From positions 1-64,000 of IMG/VR virus record IMGVR_UViG_3300028578_000003: a stretch of 64,000 bases of DNA; one strand, written 5' to 3'. The notes under the pieces were generated by a model. It had not been told where the DNA came from. It did no database searches and saw only the letters and a program-made list of their open reading frames with translations. How positions within the stretch are numbered: the first letter of the stretch is position 1; the number at the start of each line of letters is the position of its first letter. Below are positions 9,937 to 20,358 of the stretch, in pieces. A program made the position numbers and the translations under genes. Source of the stretch: a virus.

Positions 9937-10561
9937 GGGGGCGACCTCTCTGGTAGGGCGACATGACGGGTGGGCCGGGCGGCGGAGCGGGCCGGACAGA
10001 CACGCACCGCCGCCGGCCGGTGGCGGTGCGCGCGGCCAGGATCCGGCGGATCCACGCCGCCGGCGAAAACCTCATCCGGCTCCTTCCTGCAACTGGCGGA
10101 TGCGTTCGGGTGTCAGCCCGTACGCGCGTACCGCGGCGACCAGTCGCGCCCTGGTAGCTTCCTCGGCCGCCTGGAACGCCTCGGCCCAGATCCGGTCGGC
10201 GTACACCCGGGCCTCGGCCCGGGCCAGCCGCGCGAACGGCACCGTCCCCGGCGCGGGCCCGGTCGCTGGTCGCGCGGGTGGGCGCATCACCGCTGCCAGC
10301 ATGTCGACGACGTGCTCGGGCGCGCGGCGCAGTTGATCGTCCGCTTGGCCTGGGCTGCGTCCCTCCATAGAAACCAAAGGTAAGCCGAATACCGGCATAA
10401 GGGATCAAACGGCGCGCGAATTGCCGGATACCGACCGATCTTGCGGATACGCTGCGGGGAAGGTGTCAGCGGAGGCAACGCGAACCACCTGCGACAGGAG
10501 GCGGCCAAACGGTCGCCTATCTTCGCGTGCGCACCCCGACCCACACCGGAGGTCCGCCCCC

Positions 10562-10921
10562 ATGTCCAACCCACACACAGTCATCGGCTTCGACGCCAGC
10601 CTCGACGACGTCGCGCTGGTCGTGATGACCCGCGACCACGACGGGACCTGGCGGGTAGACCGCACCGACGGCCCAGACGCCGCCGAGCTGCACCTCTGGG
10701 CGGAGCGCTTCGTCCGGCGGAACACACCGGAACCACCGCAGCCTACTGGTCCGTCGCTGGCCGAGCAGGCGGCCCAGTGGCTGACCGAGTACGCCGATCC
10801 CCAGTTCCAGTTGACCGCCGAGCGGCGCGAACTGCTCACCGCGATGTACGACCAGATGCTCCGCGAGGGCAAGGTGAGTATCGCCCGCTACGTCCAAAGA
10901 ACGCGCCGCCGAACTCCCTGA
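10562..10921 (+). CDS. Hypothetical protein
   Basis: GGAGG RBS before ATG 10562. Confidence 0.6.
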   Translation: MSNPHTVIGFDASLDDVALVVMTRDHDGTWRVDRTDGPDAAELHLWAERFVRRNTPEPPQPTGPSLAEQAAQWLTEYADPQFQLTAERRELLTAMYDQMLREGKVSIARYVQRTRRRTP

Positions 10922-11034
10922 CATGGACGACGGCAGCGGACCCGACCGTCACGCTGCCGTCTCACGCCCGACCGACCGTCGCCTGTCGCGCACCTTTCCC
11001 CAGCCTACGCCCACATCAGGGGGAAGGAGGCACG

Positions 11035-12282
11035 ATGCCGGACCAATGCGTGGTTTGTCACGACGGCCCCGGCCCGGTATGCCCGGACGACCAGGCCGCC
11101 ATCGACGGGCAACTACGGGACCTACCGGCCCGGCTCGCCAAGGTAGCCGCCGCCCTGGTCCCGGGGTCGTCGCCGGTATCCGAACGGGTCGCCATGTCCG
11201 CGCACATCACCGCCCGGCTGCCGGCCCGACTGGACGCGCTGTCACTGCTCGGCCCGGGCGGCGACGTACCCCCCCTGCTGCACCCGCTGGTACGGCACTG
11301 GTCCATCAAGCGGATGGTCACCGTCCTGACACACGGCGGCGTGCACGCCAGGCGCGTGGACGTCGAGGTCACCGACTGGTTCCACGAGGCCGTGGTCGAC
11401 GCCGACGGGCAACCGGTGATGGTCCCCGACGACGACCAGATCGGCGCGGTACCGCCCCGGGAATGGCTGGACATGCAGGTCCGACGCTGGCGGGCCCACT
11501 TCGGCCACCACGTGCCACCACGCACCCTGCTGCCCCCGCAACGCCCCTACCTGCCGGCCACCTACACCAGGCTCCTGCACACGCCCGGCGGGCCCGCCGC
11601 GGTGGCGTTCCTGGCGGCCGCGCACGCCATCAACGGGGCCGCCGCCCGGCTCGCCTATCGAGGGCTGCTGACCTACGAGGAACGCGACCCGGTCCTCGAC
11701 GACCTCGAGCAGCGCGGCCGCCGCCCCGGCCGGCCGCCACGCACCATGGGCTGGGACGTCGACTACCTGCGGACCTGGCTGGACAAGGCCTGCACGCAGG
11801 ACGCCCTGGACATCGCCGTGTTCGCCGCCCAGCTGCGCAGCCTGCACGCCGAGATCGGCCGGGTGCTCGGCGACACACCCGACCAGGAGTGGATCGGCCG
11901 GTGCCCCGCGTTCATCGCCGACCAGGTCGACGACGCCGGCGAGCCGCTCCGCATGCGGCCGTGCGGGGCCGGGCTGTGGCAGGACAACAACGCGTTCAGC
12001 GCGGAGGTGCGGTGCCCGCGCTGCCGCACACCGTGGGGCACCCGCGGCCATGCCGGCGCCGGCACCGCGAGGGAGATCCGCCGCGTGTGGCCGGTCGACC
12101 GCCGGCGCCGCTACAACGCCGACGAGATCGACGCGCTGCAGGCGCCGCGCTGCACCGGCTGCGGGCACCGGGTAAAGATCGAGTGGCGGGACGTGACCGG
12201 AACCAGGGACGGGCGGCGGTGGTGGCAGCCGGTCACCGCCAGCTGCGACATCGGATGCGCGGAGGCGAGGCGGGCACTGTGA
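11035..12282 (+). CDS. Multi Zn-finger phage protein, possible transcription regulator
   Basis: AGGAGG RBS; CxxC motifs at both ends (CVVC, CPRC, CTGC). Confidence 0.7.
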   Translation: MPDQCVVCHDGPGPVCPDDQAAIDGQLRDLPARLAKVAAALVPGSSPVSERVAMSAHITARLPARLDALSLLGPGGDVPPLLHPLVRHWSIKRMVTVLTHGGVHARRVDVEVTDWFHEAVVDADGQPVMVPDDDQIGAVPPREWLDMQVRRWRAHFGHHVPPRTLLPPQRPYLPATYTRLLHTPGGPAAVAFLAAAHAINGAAARLAYRGLLTYEERDPVLDDLEQRGRRPGRPPRTMGWDVDYLRTWLDKACTQDALDIAVFAAQLRSLHAEIGRVLGDTPDQEWIGRCPAFIADQVDDAGEPLRMRPCGAGLWQDNNAFSAEVRCPRCRTPWGTRGHAGAGTAREIRRVWPVDRRRRYNADEIDALQAPRCTGCGHRVKIEWRDVTGTRDGRRWWQPVTASCDIGCAEARRAL

Positions 12283-12563
12283 GACGAGGGCAACGCAAAG
12301 GGCTGATGGTCGACCCGATCGCCCGGTGGACGGCGGGCGTCGACGGGGAGGTCCTGCTGATGGACACCCCCGCGCTGATGCTCCACCTGCGCATCGGGGA
12401 CCGCACCGTCCGCCGGTACGAGCCGATCGCGTGCGACGTACGCACCCGGGCGCCGCTGTACGACGCCGACGCGGTCGGCGCCGCCCGACAACGGGTCCGG
12501 ACCCGGGCCCCCCGGCAGGGCCTGTCGACCGGCCGGACGCGGATGGCACCGGAAGCGGCCTGA
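12279..12563 (+). CDS. Small putative DNA-binding protein
   Basis: GTGA overlap; LMDTPALMLHLRIGDRTVRR resembles a MerR/excisionase-type HTH. Confidence 0.45.
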   Translation: MRRGQRKGLMVDPIARWTAGVDGEVLLMDTPALMLHLRIGDRTVRRYEPIACDVRTRAPLYDADAVGAARQRVRTRAPRQGLSTGRTRMAPEAA

Positions 12564-12598
12564 CAGGGTGAACGGCGCCGTCCCCGCACGGGTGGCGG

Positions 12599-13192
12599 TC
12601 AGGAACGGGGACGGCGGTTGCGGGCGGACGGCGCCGGCTTGCGGTAGCCGTACCGTTCCAACAGGTGGTCGACGGCGCGTTGGGTGACGCCGAGCCCCTG
12701 CGCGACACGCGACGCGCGGTAGCCCTTTTCCAACAGCAGGTTTATGTCCTCGACCAGGTGCCGCATGTTGACCCGTAGCGGGTCGTCGTGCGGCGTCCAC
12801 CCGTTGATCCGCTGCGAGCCGACGCGCAGCGCGCGCAGGTGCGCGGCCACCCCGTACGGCAGGGCCGGGTTCGGGCCGCCGCTCAGACCAGAGTGCGGGT
12901 GCGCCTCGGCCGGCAGATCGGGCGTCGGGATGACCAGATCGGAAACGGTGTTCTGGTCGCGGCGGGCCCGGGAGATCCGCTGGGCGACCGCCGCAGGGGT
13001 CATCTTGACGGCGGCGGCCAGTGCGGGCACTCCCCAGCTGGCGTCCCGGCAGGCGACCAACGCGGCGTTCAGCCGTCCATCGCCCTGGCGGCGCAGCGCG
13101 CACAGGGCGGCGGCCAGCTCGGCGGGCACGGTTTGGTGCGGGGCTTCGGTCCAACGCCGGCGGCGTCGGCGAGTGATGGTTTGCTGGTCCAC
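12599..13192 (-). CDS. Double HTH DNA-binding protein
   Basis: GVPALAAAVKMTPAAVAQRI and GYRASRVAQGLGVTQRAVDHLL; GGAGG RBS. Confidence 0.7.
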   Translation of the reverse strand: MDQQTITRRRRRRWTEAPHQTVPAELAAALCALRRQGDGRLNAALVACRDASWGVPALAAAVKMTPAAVAQRISRARRDQNTVSDLVIPTPDLPAEAHPHSGLSGGPNPALPYGVAAHLRALRVGSQRINGWTPHDDPLRVNMRHLVEDINLLLEKGYRASRVAQGLGVTQRAVDHLLERYGYRKPAPSARNRRPRS

Positions 13193-13208
13193 GATGCTTC
13201 CTCCGGTT

Positions 13209-13370
13209 TCATCGGCGGCGGCGGCCGCCGGTCAAGGCCACGGCCGCGATCAGGCCACCGACTATGAAGGCGACGCCGACGCCGACGCCGGTGATGATGG
13301 CGGCGCGGGCGGCCGGGATGAACAGCAGGACGATGACGGTGCCTACGGCCAGGCCGCGAAGCGCCTTCAC
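13209..13370 (-). CDS. 53-aa membrane protein (below the ORF-track cut-off)
   Basis: GTG overlapping the upstream TGA; MKALRGLAVGTVIVLLFIP...IITGVGVGVAFIVGGLIAAVALTGGRRRR. Confidence 0.55.
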   Translation of the reverse strand: MKALRGLAVGTVIVLLFIPAARAAIITGVGVGVAFIVGGLIAAVALTGGRRRR

Positions 13371-13993
13371 CGCGCGCCCCGGCGGCGGCCGGTCGGCCGG
13401 TTGTCCGGGTTCCGCCGGTCACCCTTGACGATCTTGCGGAAGTTGGTCCAGCTGTTGCCATGGCCCGGGCCCGTGTAGCCGAGCTCCAGCGCGGCGGCCA
13501 GTACCGCGCCGGGACCGGCGCCATGCTGCATCACCAGGCGGTTGGCGAGAACGTGGAGCGCCTGCTTGCCGGCGTCTTTGTCCTCGTTGTTCGCGACGCG
13601 GCACAGCCGGATCAGGTCGAACACCGCGGCGTCGCCGTACCGGCGGGCAAGCTCCAGCAGTTCGTCATCGGGGGGCCCGCCGTCGTCCGGGCCCGCGAGG
13701 ACCTTGATGAAGTTCGGGTACTCGGAATTCGTCCGAGACGTGTATGTGTAGCCCAGCCGGCGGGCGACCCGGCTACGCGCGACGGTCCAGGTGTCGCCGC
13801 TGGCCTCCTGCTCGGCGGTCACCATGCGCTGCGCGAGCAGGCTCAGCGTCACACCGCCAGGGTTGTTGCCGTTCTGGATCGTGCGGCACCGGCGGATCAA
13901 GTCGAACACCTGCTTGTCGCCGAGCACGTCGGCCAACGCGATGAGGCCGTCGACTCCGTCAGCGCGGCCGGGGAGCTCGCGGGGGGCCTGCAT
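13367..13993 (-). CDS. Tandem-duplicated-domain protein, candidate regulator
   Basis: Two internal repeats GD..VFDLIR.CR...LA.R.V....A..LGYT....NF.K; AGGAG RBS; directly downstream of an operator-embedded promoter. Confidence 0.7.
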   Translation of the reverse strand: MQAPRELPGRADGVDGLIALADVLGDKQVFDLIRRCRTIQNGNNPGGVTLSLLAQRMVTAEQEASGDTWTVARSRVARRLGYTYTSRTNSEYPNFIKVLAGPDDGGPPDDELLELARRYGDAAVFDLIRLCRVANNEDKDAGKQALHVLANRLVMQHGAGPGAVLAAALELGYTGPGHGNSWTNFRKIVKGDRRNPDNRPTGRRRGAR

Positions 13994-14026
13994 GAGGATC
14001 TCCTGTCTTGGATGGGAACACCCCTG

Positions 14027-14069
14027 ACTGTAGTTGGGGTAACCCGATGCGTCAAGTTACCCCAACTAC
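14027..14069 (-). promoter_or_regulatory. sigma70-type promoter TTGACG-17-TACAGT with inverted pair of 14-bp operators
   Basis: -35 at 14050-14055, -10 at 14027-14032; GTAGTTGGGGTAAC at 14030-14043 and its complement at 14056-14069. Confidence 0.85.
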
Positions 14070-15367
14070 CGGGGGTTGGCCGCCAACGCGGCGTCGACCG
14101 CCGCCTCACAGTCGCGAAGGTCGAACAGTGCAGCAGACCGCACCGGCTTCGTCCACAAGATCCGGGCCCGGCCGAGCGCACACCGATACGAGTCCCCGAC
14201 GTCGCCGCACCTCCAACACATCACCACATCAGGGCCCTCGAAGTCCTCTTCCTCCGCACGCAGCGTCTTAACAGCGGCCAGCCCTAGCGCGCCGCGCGGG
14301 TCGTTGTCCCCGTCCGACCACGCCGGACCGCCGCAGCCGATGCATCTCCCGACGTACCGGATCACCCGCTGGCCCGCGAACCCGCTGTACATCTGCACCG
14401 GGTACGCGATCGCGTCCGCCGCGGTGAGCCTCGGCTCCGCCACCGCAACCGGCTCGCCGACCGCCGGTCGGTAAACGCTCGCCGCGTGCCGCCGAGGAGC
14501 GGACCGTGTACCACCGACCTGCTTGGTCGCGGCGATCACGCAGGTGCCGACGTCGGTGCCGGACTGCCGGAACGACCGGGCCGGCAACTCCTGCACCACC
14601 AGGTCCGGACCGAGCAGCTCGCGCAGCCGGACGGACTTGCGGTCCCGGCGGCCAGCGAAGCCGCCGGGCACGATCGCGACCAGGCGGCCGGCGAGCATCT
14701 CCCAGGCTAGGCGCACGTGGTCGATCCAGATCGTGGGGTTGCCCGGCACCGAGTACGGCGGGTTCATCACCACCAGGTCGTACAACTCTGCTCCCGGCTC
14801 CCGGCCACCGGCGAACCGCTCGAAGGTGCACACGTGCAGCGGGTAAACGCCGCCGATCTTCCCGACCTCGAAGGCGCGCTCGTCGACCGGCTCGACAGCT
14901 GTCACCCGCGCGCCCGGCACGGCGGCCAGCACGGCGCGGATCAGCGCACCCTCGCCAGCCGAGGGCTCGAGCACCCGGGGTTGGGCGGGCAGAGATCCCA
15001 GGTCGGCGAACCGCTGGACCACCGAGGTGGCCAGCGAGTCCGGCGTCGGCACCCAACCGACCGTCGTCCGCTCATGCTGAGGTGCCGGGCCGCCAGCGAT
15101 GAACGAGGCCAGGTCGGCGCGCCGGTCAACGTTGAACCGGTACGGCTGGCCCATCCGGCTACCGCCGGTCGCGCCCATCTGCTTAAGCATGGCGTGCAGC
15201 GACTGCCAGACCTGCCGCGCCAACGGCTCCCGCGGCAGCGCCAGCACCCGCTCGGCCAGCGACGACCGGGCCAGCACGACACGTACCTCATCCAGTCCAT
15301 CGCCGGCGGTGCCAGCGGCCGGCAGTTCGTCGATCAGCATCGACGTCACCTTTCTCTGGTTGGTCAT
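14066..15367 (-). CDS. N6-adenine DNA methyltransferase (gamma-type motif order)
   Basis: RVLEPSAGEG SAM-binding motif followed by DLVVMNPPY. Confidence 0.85.
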   Translation of the reverse strand: MTNQRKVTSMLIDELPAAGTAGDGLDEVRVVLARSSLAERVLALPREPLARQVWQSLHAMLKQMGATGGSRMGQPYRFNVDRRADLASFIAGGPAPQHERTTVGWVPTPDSLATSVVQRFADLGSLPAQPRVLEPSAGEGALIRAVLAAVPGARVTAVEPVDERAFEVGKIGGVYPLHVCTFERFAGGREPGAELYDLVVMNPPYSVPGNPTIWIDHVRLAWEMLAGRLVAIVPGGFAGRRDRKSVRLRELLGPDLVVQELPARSFRQSGTDVGTCVIAATKQVGGTRSAPRRHAASVYRPAVGEPVAVAEPRLTAADAIAYPVQMYSGFAGQRVIRYVGRCIGCGGPAWSDGDNDPRGALGLAAVKTLRAEEEDFEGPDVVMCWRCGDVGDSYRCALGRARILWTKPVRSAALFDLRDCEAAVDAALAANPR

Positions 15368-17751
15368 TGGCCGGCCAGAGCAGCTTCGACGGCAGGCCCG
15401 AGCGAGGACAGGTCAAACGTGGCGGGCCGGTCCTGCCTGTCGGGCGTCCAGTACGGACGCAGTGGACTCGACGTGCGACCGGCGCGGCACTTCGGCCACC
15501 GGTTCGGCTCGTCGCCCGCGCAGCAGTCATGGTTGATCTCCCACGCGTACCTGGTTATCTCCACCCCGCCGCAGTGGCAGCACACCAGCGCGGGCACGAC
15601 CTGACCCTTGACCAGGCCGCCTGGGGTGGTCCACGGCATCCGCACCGTGCCCTGCCAGTGCCGGTTCGTGGCCCGCCACGACACCTGCTCCGGGTCGTCG
15701 ATGTCCGCCCACATGGTGCTGGCGTACGACCGGGTCGTCGGCTCCCCCTCAACCAGCACGTCGACCTCGTAACGGCCACCCTCGCCGCGACGCGGGTCCG
15801 CCTGAACGTGGTAGCGCGGCCGCAGGTCACCCTTGCCGCCCCGGTCCAACCCTGGGTCGTTCCAGACGTGGAACACATCGCCCTTGCGCAGGTCCTCCAC
15901 CGGCATCCGCCGGGCCAGGCTCCGCCGCGCGGTCAGCGGCCGGTCAGCGGGCGCCTCCAGCACGGCGAAGGTCGCGCCCTCCTCAGCGAACATGTGCGTG
16001 CTCGATCCGCCGCTCTGCCCGGCCAGCGGCGGCTCGTCGACCGCGAAGTCCAGCAGCCGGTCACCCTCGCGCCTGTTCGGACCGTCGCCGCTGAAGCCGC
16101 GAGTGGTCACCCGCGGCGGCTTGGTGACATACCCACGAACGGTGCGGCGGTCACCGGTCGGCCCGTACCCCTTGACCTCGCCGTACATGCCCCACTGCGC
16201 GTCGACGAGCGGGATCACCCGCGGCGCCGACGACGTCAGCCCGAGACTCTTGGCGACCATCGCGCTGAACCCAGCCAGTCCGGTGAACAAGTCCGGTTGC
16301 GGCTCGTCGACCGGCCGGGACAGTACGACCGCGTCGGCGGGCGGAGGCTGCCCCACCAGGCTGCAGTTGTGCCGGCCGTGCTTGCCGACCGCGCCGTCGA
16401 TACGGACCGTCGCCCGCTTGGCGCAACTTGGGCAGCGGATCACCGTGCCAGCAGCCGCCGCGGCCTTCACATCCTCGGCGTCGACATCGCTGCCGGGTCC
16501 GCCGATCGTAGGGACGTGGTTCGGGGTGTTCGTGTCACCGCACTCCCCGCAGCGGGTTCGCTCATTGGTGAGCGGCACGAACAGGTGCGCGGTTCCCTTG
16601 TGGGCCTCGGCGAACAGCGGGTCGACGCTGCCCCGGCTGACGATCTCGAACCGGGGACCGTGGAACGCGTCCGTCTCGAACGGCTCACCCTCCTTCACGG
16701 TGATCCGGGCGACGGTAGGCCGCGCCGAAGACGCGACGGTGGAGGAGACGAACGTCAGCTGGCCACGCTCCGGGTGGACGAACACATCCCCGGCGCGCAG
16801 CGCCGCCGGGTACCGCATCGCCATCCGGTGAGGAGTACGTACCTTCGATGCCACGGTGGCCTCCTTAGGTGCGGGTAGCTGCCCGGTGCGGGCGATCCCG
16901 GCCAGGATCGCGAGCTGCTCCCCGATACTGGCGGTGCCGTCGAGCGGGCGGATGGCGTGCGGCCACACGGCGGTGACAACGTCGGCGTACGCCTTACCTG
17001 CCAGCACGATCACCTCAGTTGCGTCGTCCAGCCCGAACTGCTGCGCCTGGTAGGCGACCGTCTCGGCGGTGACGCTGCCCGGCTTACCCATCCGGAGGTC
17101 GTACGTCTCGACGACGGCGAACAGGTCCAGCAGCCCGTACCTCGCCGAAAGGATCATCTGGTAGGTGTCGACACCGTCACCGATGTCGAATCTGCCGGGC
17201 GACCGGCCGACCAACGCGTCGGCCGCACGACGGGCGGCCAGATGGTACGAGCCGACGTACATGGAGTGGGCGTCGCTGTGTTTCCTGGCGGCCTTCTTGT
17301 GGCCGCAGCCCACGATGACCAGCCGACGCGGCGGCGCGAACGTCGACGCGGTCGGCAGCGGCAGCCTGCCGGCGGCGTGCTCAAGGTGCTCCGCGATCGT
17401 CCACGACATCCACGCGAACCGCGGCCGCCACCGACCGGGCCCGCCGCGCCCATACGTGTACTCCCCGAACGGAGGCGGCCGGTCCAGCGGATCTATACCG
17501 TACGCCTCCGGATAGCCGGAGCGGCTGTCCAGCGTGAGCAGAGTGTTGTCCACCCGCCGCTCTCTGCCGCCGTCGCCGAACAGCACGACCTTCGTGGCCT
17601 TCGGGCCGACGGAGACGACGGCGCCCTGCCGCCACCTGTCCTCGGCCGAGGGCAGCGCGCCCGGCAGGCATGTCACCCGCGTGCCGGGCGGGATCTTCCC
17701 CGGCCCAGCGCCGAGCTTCCTGGCATGGGCGATCGTTGCTGGGGTGGCCAT
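15364..17751 (-). CDS. Large multidomain protein with DUF6884-like domain and Zn-knuckles
   Basis: LVIVGCGHKK...MYVGSYH...ILSARYGLL...TYDLRM...LAGKAY; CGEC, CPSC, CCHC; GAAGGAG RBS. Confidence 0.7.
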   Translation of the reverse strand: MATPATIAHARKLGAGPGKIPPGTRVTCLPGALPSAEDRWRQGAVVSVGPKATKVVLFGDGGRERRVDNTLLTLDSRSGYPEAYGIDPLDRPPPFGEYTYGRGGPGRWRPRFAWMSWTIAEHLEHAAGRLPLPTASTFAPPRRLVIVGCGHKKAARKHSDAHSMYVGSYHLAARRAADALVGRSPGRFDIGDGVDTYQMILSARYGLLDLFAVVETYDLRMGKPGSVTAETVAYQAQQFGLDDATEVIVLAGKAYADVVTAVWPHAIRPLDGTASIGEQLAILAGIARTGQLPAPKEATVASKVRTPHRMAMRYPAALRAGDVFVHPERGQLTFVSSTVASSARPTVARITVKEGEPFETDAFHGPRFEIVSRGSVDPLFAEAHKGTAHLFVPLTNERTRCGECGDTNTPNHVPTIGGPGSDVDAEDVKAAAAAGTVIRCPSCAKRATVRIDGAVGKHGRHNCSLVGQPPPADAVVLSRPVDEPQPDLFTGLAGFSAMVAKSLGLTSSAPRVIPLVDAQWGMYGEVKGYGPTGDRRTVRGYVTKPPRVTTRGFSGDGPNRREGDRLLDFAVDEPPLAGQSGGSSTHMFAEEGATFAVLEAPADRPLTARRSLARRMPVEDLRKGDVFHVWNDPGLDRGGKGDLRPRYHVQADPRRGEGGRYEVDVLVEGEPTTRSYASTMWADIDDPEQVSWRATNRHWQGTVRMPWTTPGGLVKGQVVPALVCCHCGGVEITRYAWEINHDCCAGDEPNRWPKCRAGRTSSPLRPYWTPDRQDRPATFDLSSLGPAVEAALAGQ

Positions 17752-18196
17752 CGACTCTGCCTCTCCTTCGTCTACTGGTCGGGGAATAGGCCGCCGCACC
17801 ACGGCAGGGTTCGACCCTCCGCGTCGGTCACCCGACGCCCGGTCACGCGTCCACACTCGACACACGCCGCACCGCCCGGCGGGTGCGGCGGCGGCCGGAA
17901 CTGTGGCAGGGCCTGCTGTTCCTGGCAGGCCGGGATGCTCGACGGGAACGGCGGCCTGCACTGCCGGTCCTGAGCCGGGTGCGGAATCCGACAGTTGTTT
18001 ATGATCTTCCCGGCCTTGCCGTTCTCACCCGGGATGAAGTGGCCCAGCCCGGCCGGGCCGAGGCAGCAGCCGCACGAGGCACCCATCGGGCACCCGCCGC
18101 GGGGGATGTGGACGGCCTTGCGCCGGTCCGGCGGGGCGAGCCGGCGCTCCGGCTCGCCGTCGTCTTCCGGGTCGGCCGTCAGCGGGTTCAACTGGC

Positions 18197-18658
18197 TCAC
18201 GTCACGTCCTCCGCGTCTGCCGTGCCAGCGGCCTCGGCGGCGGGATCGTCGAAGAGCAGGCCGTGCGCCAGCAGCAGCTCGGTCATCCGCTGCTCGCTCA
18301 CCCCCAGCTCGGCGGCGAGGCCGGCGATGTCACCGTGCCGGCCGTACCGCACGCGCTGGGCGGTCCTCTGGTCGCGGATCTTCACACCGCGTTTCATCAG
18401 CCGCCGCCGGATCGTCTCGGGCTCAACGCCGTACCGGCGGCCGAGCACGGGCAGACCATCGCCGCGCCGGTACTCCTTAGCCACCCGGTCCATCGGCAGA
18501 TTCGCTTCGACGCCACGCGCCCGCAACTGGACGCCCGCCGCCTCAAGCCATTCGCGGATCACCTCCGCTGACGTGCCATGCCGGCGGGCGATCACCGACG
18601 GGCTGTCGCCCGCCGCGTACTCGGCGATGATCGCCCTGATGTCCGGGCCTTCGTTCAT
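18197..18658 (-). CDS. Repeated-HTH DNA-binding protein
   Basis: EYAAGDSPSVIARRHGTS..VIREWL and EYRRGDGLPVLGRRYGVEPETIRRRL repeats. Confidence 0.8.
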   Translation of the reverse strand: MNEGPDIRAIIAEYAAGDSPSVIARRHGTSAEVIREWLEAAGVQLRARGVEANLPMDRVAKEYRRGDGLPVLGRRYGVEPETIRRRLMKRGVKIRDQRTAQRVRYGRHGDIAGLAAELGVSEQRMTELLLAHGLLFDDPAAEAAGTADAEDVT

Positions 18659-18702
18659 GTGGCGTTTCTCCGTTCGGTGAGGCGTGGTAAATGTCGCGTC
18701 GT

Positions 18703-19170
18703 TCAGTCGGCGGTGGCGGTGGGCTGGCCACGCCACGGGGTGTCCACTGTGGATGCCCCGGGGAGGACGGCCAGCACCTCGTCGACCTGCTCGTAGCAGC
18801 TGCGGCAGCACATGACGCCGCCGCTGATGGTGGCGGTCGCCAGGTGGCACTCGGTGAGGTAGACGAGGCCGGCGCAGCTGGATGTGTAGGGCAGCCGGCG
18901 TCGGTCGACCAGCGGCGGGTGCTCCGCCCAGATCGCGGCCAGCCCGATCAGCAACTGCTCGGCGGCCGGCTGGTCGAGCGGCTCGATCGTCTTGACCAGG
19001 TTCCGGATGGCCTGGCGTTGCTGCCGGCCTTGCTTCACCCAGTCCCATTCGGCGGCTTCGGTCTGGTCGGTGTCGGTGTCGGCGATCCCGCGGCGCTCGG
19101 CGTCGACGTCGAGCTCCAGGCGGGCGGTGATGTAGGCGATCAGGCCGGGGCGCTGGTCTGGTAGCAGCAT
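18703..19170 (-). CDS. Hypothetical protein
   Basis: GGAGGAGG RBS. Confidence 0.6.
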   Translation of the reverse strand: MLLPDQRPGLIAYITARLELDVDAERRGIADTDTDQTEAAEWDWVKQGRQQRQAIRNLVKTIEPLDQPAAEQLLIGLAAIWAEHPPLVDRRRLPYTSSCAGLVYLTECHLATATISGGVMCCRSCYEQVDEVLAVLPGASTVDTPWRGQPTATAD

Positions 19171-19195
19171 TGGTCGGCCTCCTCCCGTGGTCGGA

Positions 19196-19804
19196 TCAGG
19201 CGTTGGCCGGTTCAGGCCGCGGCACCGTGTAGTTCTTGGCGTTCGCGGTGGCCCACGTGTGCAAGTCGTCGTGGCCGGCGTCCATGGCGGCTTTCGCGGC
19301 GCGCTGCCAGGCAGCGCGCCGGTAGAGATCCTCGGCGCCGTACTCGCTGCGTCCGGTCCACTTGTGGGTGGTCAGGAAGGCGGCCGCCTGGTGGACGCTG
19401 TCGTCGTCGTGCCAGTCAGTCGACGACTGGGCGATCGTGTATCGGGTGTGCGCCTCGGCCTCATCCCAGCCGGCCGCCTCGAAGCCGCAGTGCGACATAT
19501 AGCCTTCTGGGTGCGCGACCTGTTCGCGCCATTCCAGCGGGTTGGACGCGTCGCTGCCAGGCTGCACCCAGAGCAGCCCGACATATCCGCGGAACGTGAT
19601 GACGACCGGTGGCTGGTAGGCACCGATGAACGCCTCCAGCGCGTTGGCGAGCGCGTTGGAGGCGGCTTTCTCGGTCGTCCCTTGGCTGCGCCAGTAGCCG
19701 GCCTCGACGGTCCAGTCCCGACCGCGGCCGGGCTCCCGGGTGGCGGTGGCGGCCACCGAGAGTCGAACAGGTCGCGGCTTAGTGGTCCATTCGTCTACTG
19801 CCAT
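19196..19804 (-). CDS. Hypothetical protein
   Basis: GGAGG RBS; protein-like composition. Confidence 0.65.
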   Translation of the reverse strand: MAVDEWTTKPRPVRLSVAATATREPGRGRDWTVEAGYWRSQGTTEKAASNALANALEAFIGAYQPPVVITFRGYVGLLWVQPGSDASNPLEWREQVAHPEGYMSHCGFEAAGWDEAEAHTRYTIAQSSTDWHDDDSVHQAAAFLTTHKWTGRSEYGAEDLYRRAAWQRAAKAAMDAGHDDLHTWATANAKNYTVPRPEPANA

Positions 19805-19947
19805 CTCTGGTTACCTCCACGTGGGGATAGGGTCGATTGAGGTTGGGTACGGGCGGGGCGTTGGCAGTAGCCGGCTTCGTACATGGCCGTGTTGAGTGCC
19901 CGCTCGACCTCGGCCATGTCGATCTGGGCTGTGGCGCCGCCGCTCAC
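19795..19947 (-). CDS. 50-aa peptide carrying the shared helix tag (IDMAEVERALNTAM)
   Basis: GTGA overlap with the upstream stop; fills the intergenic gap. Confidence 0.45.
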   Translation of the reverse strand: MSGGATAQIDMAEVERALNTAMYEAGYCQRPARTQPQSTLSPRGGNQRWQ

Positions 19948-20351
19948 CGGTCGTCCTCCCACACGGGGTAGGCGGCGTCGAAGTAGATGGATGCGGCGTT
20001 GCCGTACCCGTCGAGGTAGACGACGGCGTTGTCCAGCCCGATCGGTTCGCCGATCTCGGCCCGCGCGTGGACCAGCTCAACCCCGTAGATGGGCAAGGCC
20101 ATGATGTGCTCGGCGAGAGCGGCGACCAGCGACTTGCGTTTGTCCGCCGTGCGTGCGGTGGGGTACACCTTCTCCGCTTCGAGGACCGCCTCGATCGCCC
20201 ACTCCAGTGAGGCGGGGGCGACGATTTGCCTCGGCGGTTCGATCTTCGGCGGCGGCGGGTCAGGCTGGCGGGCTTCGGCCAGGGCGGCGTCGACCGCCGA
20301 GCCGAGCGCCGCCATGTCCAGGCCGGCCGGCGCCGTCATCGTCATGGGCAT
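19944..20351 (-). CDS. Hypothetical protein with N-terminal LDMAALGSAVDAAL tag
   Basis: ORF track; shared motif. Confidence 0.65.
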   Translation of the reverse strand: MPMTMTAPAGLDMAALGSAVDAALAEARQPDPPPPKIEPPRQIVAPASLEWAIEAVLEAEKVYPTARTADKRKSLVAALAEHIMALPIYGVELVHARAEIGEPIGLDNAVVYLDGYGNAASIYFDAAYPVWEDDR

Positions 20352-20358
20352 GTCGTTC

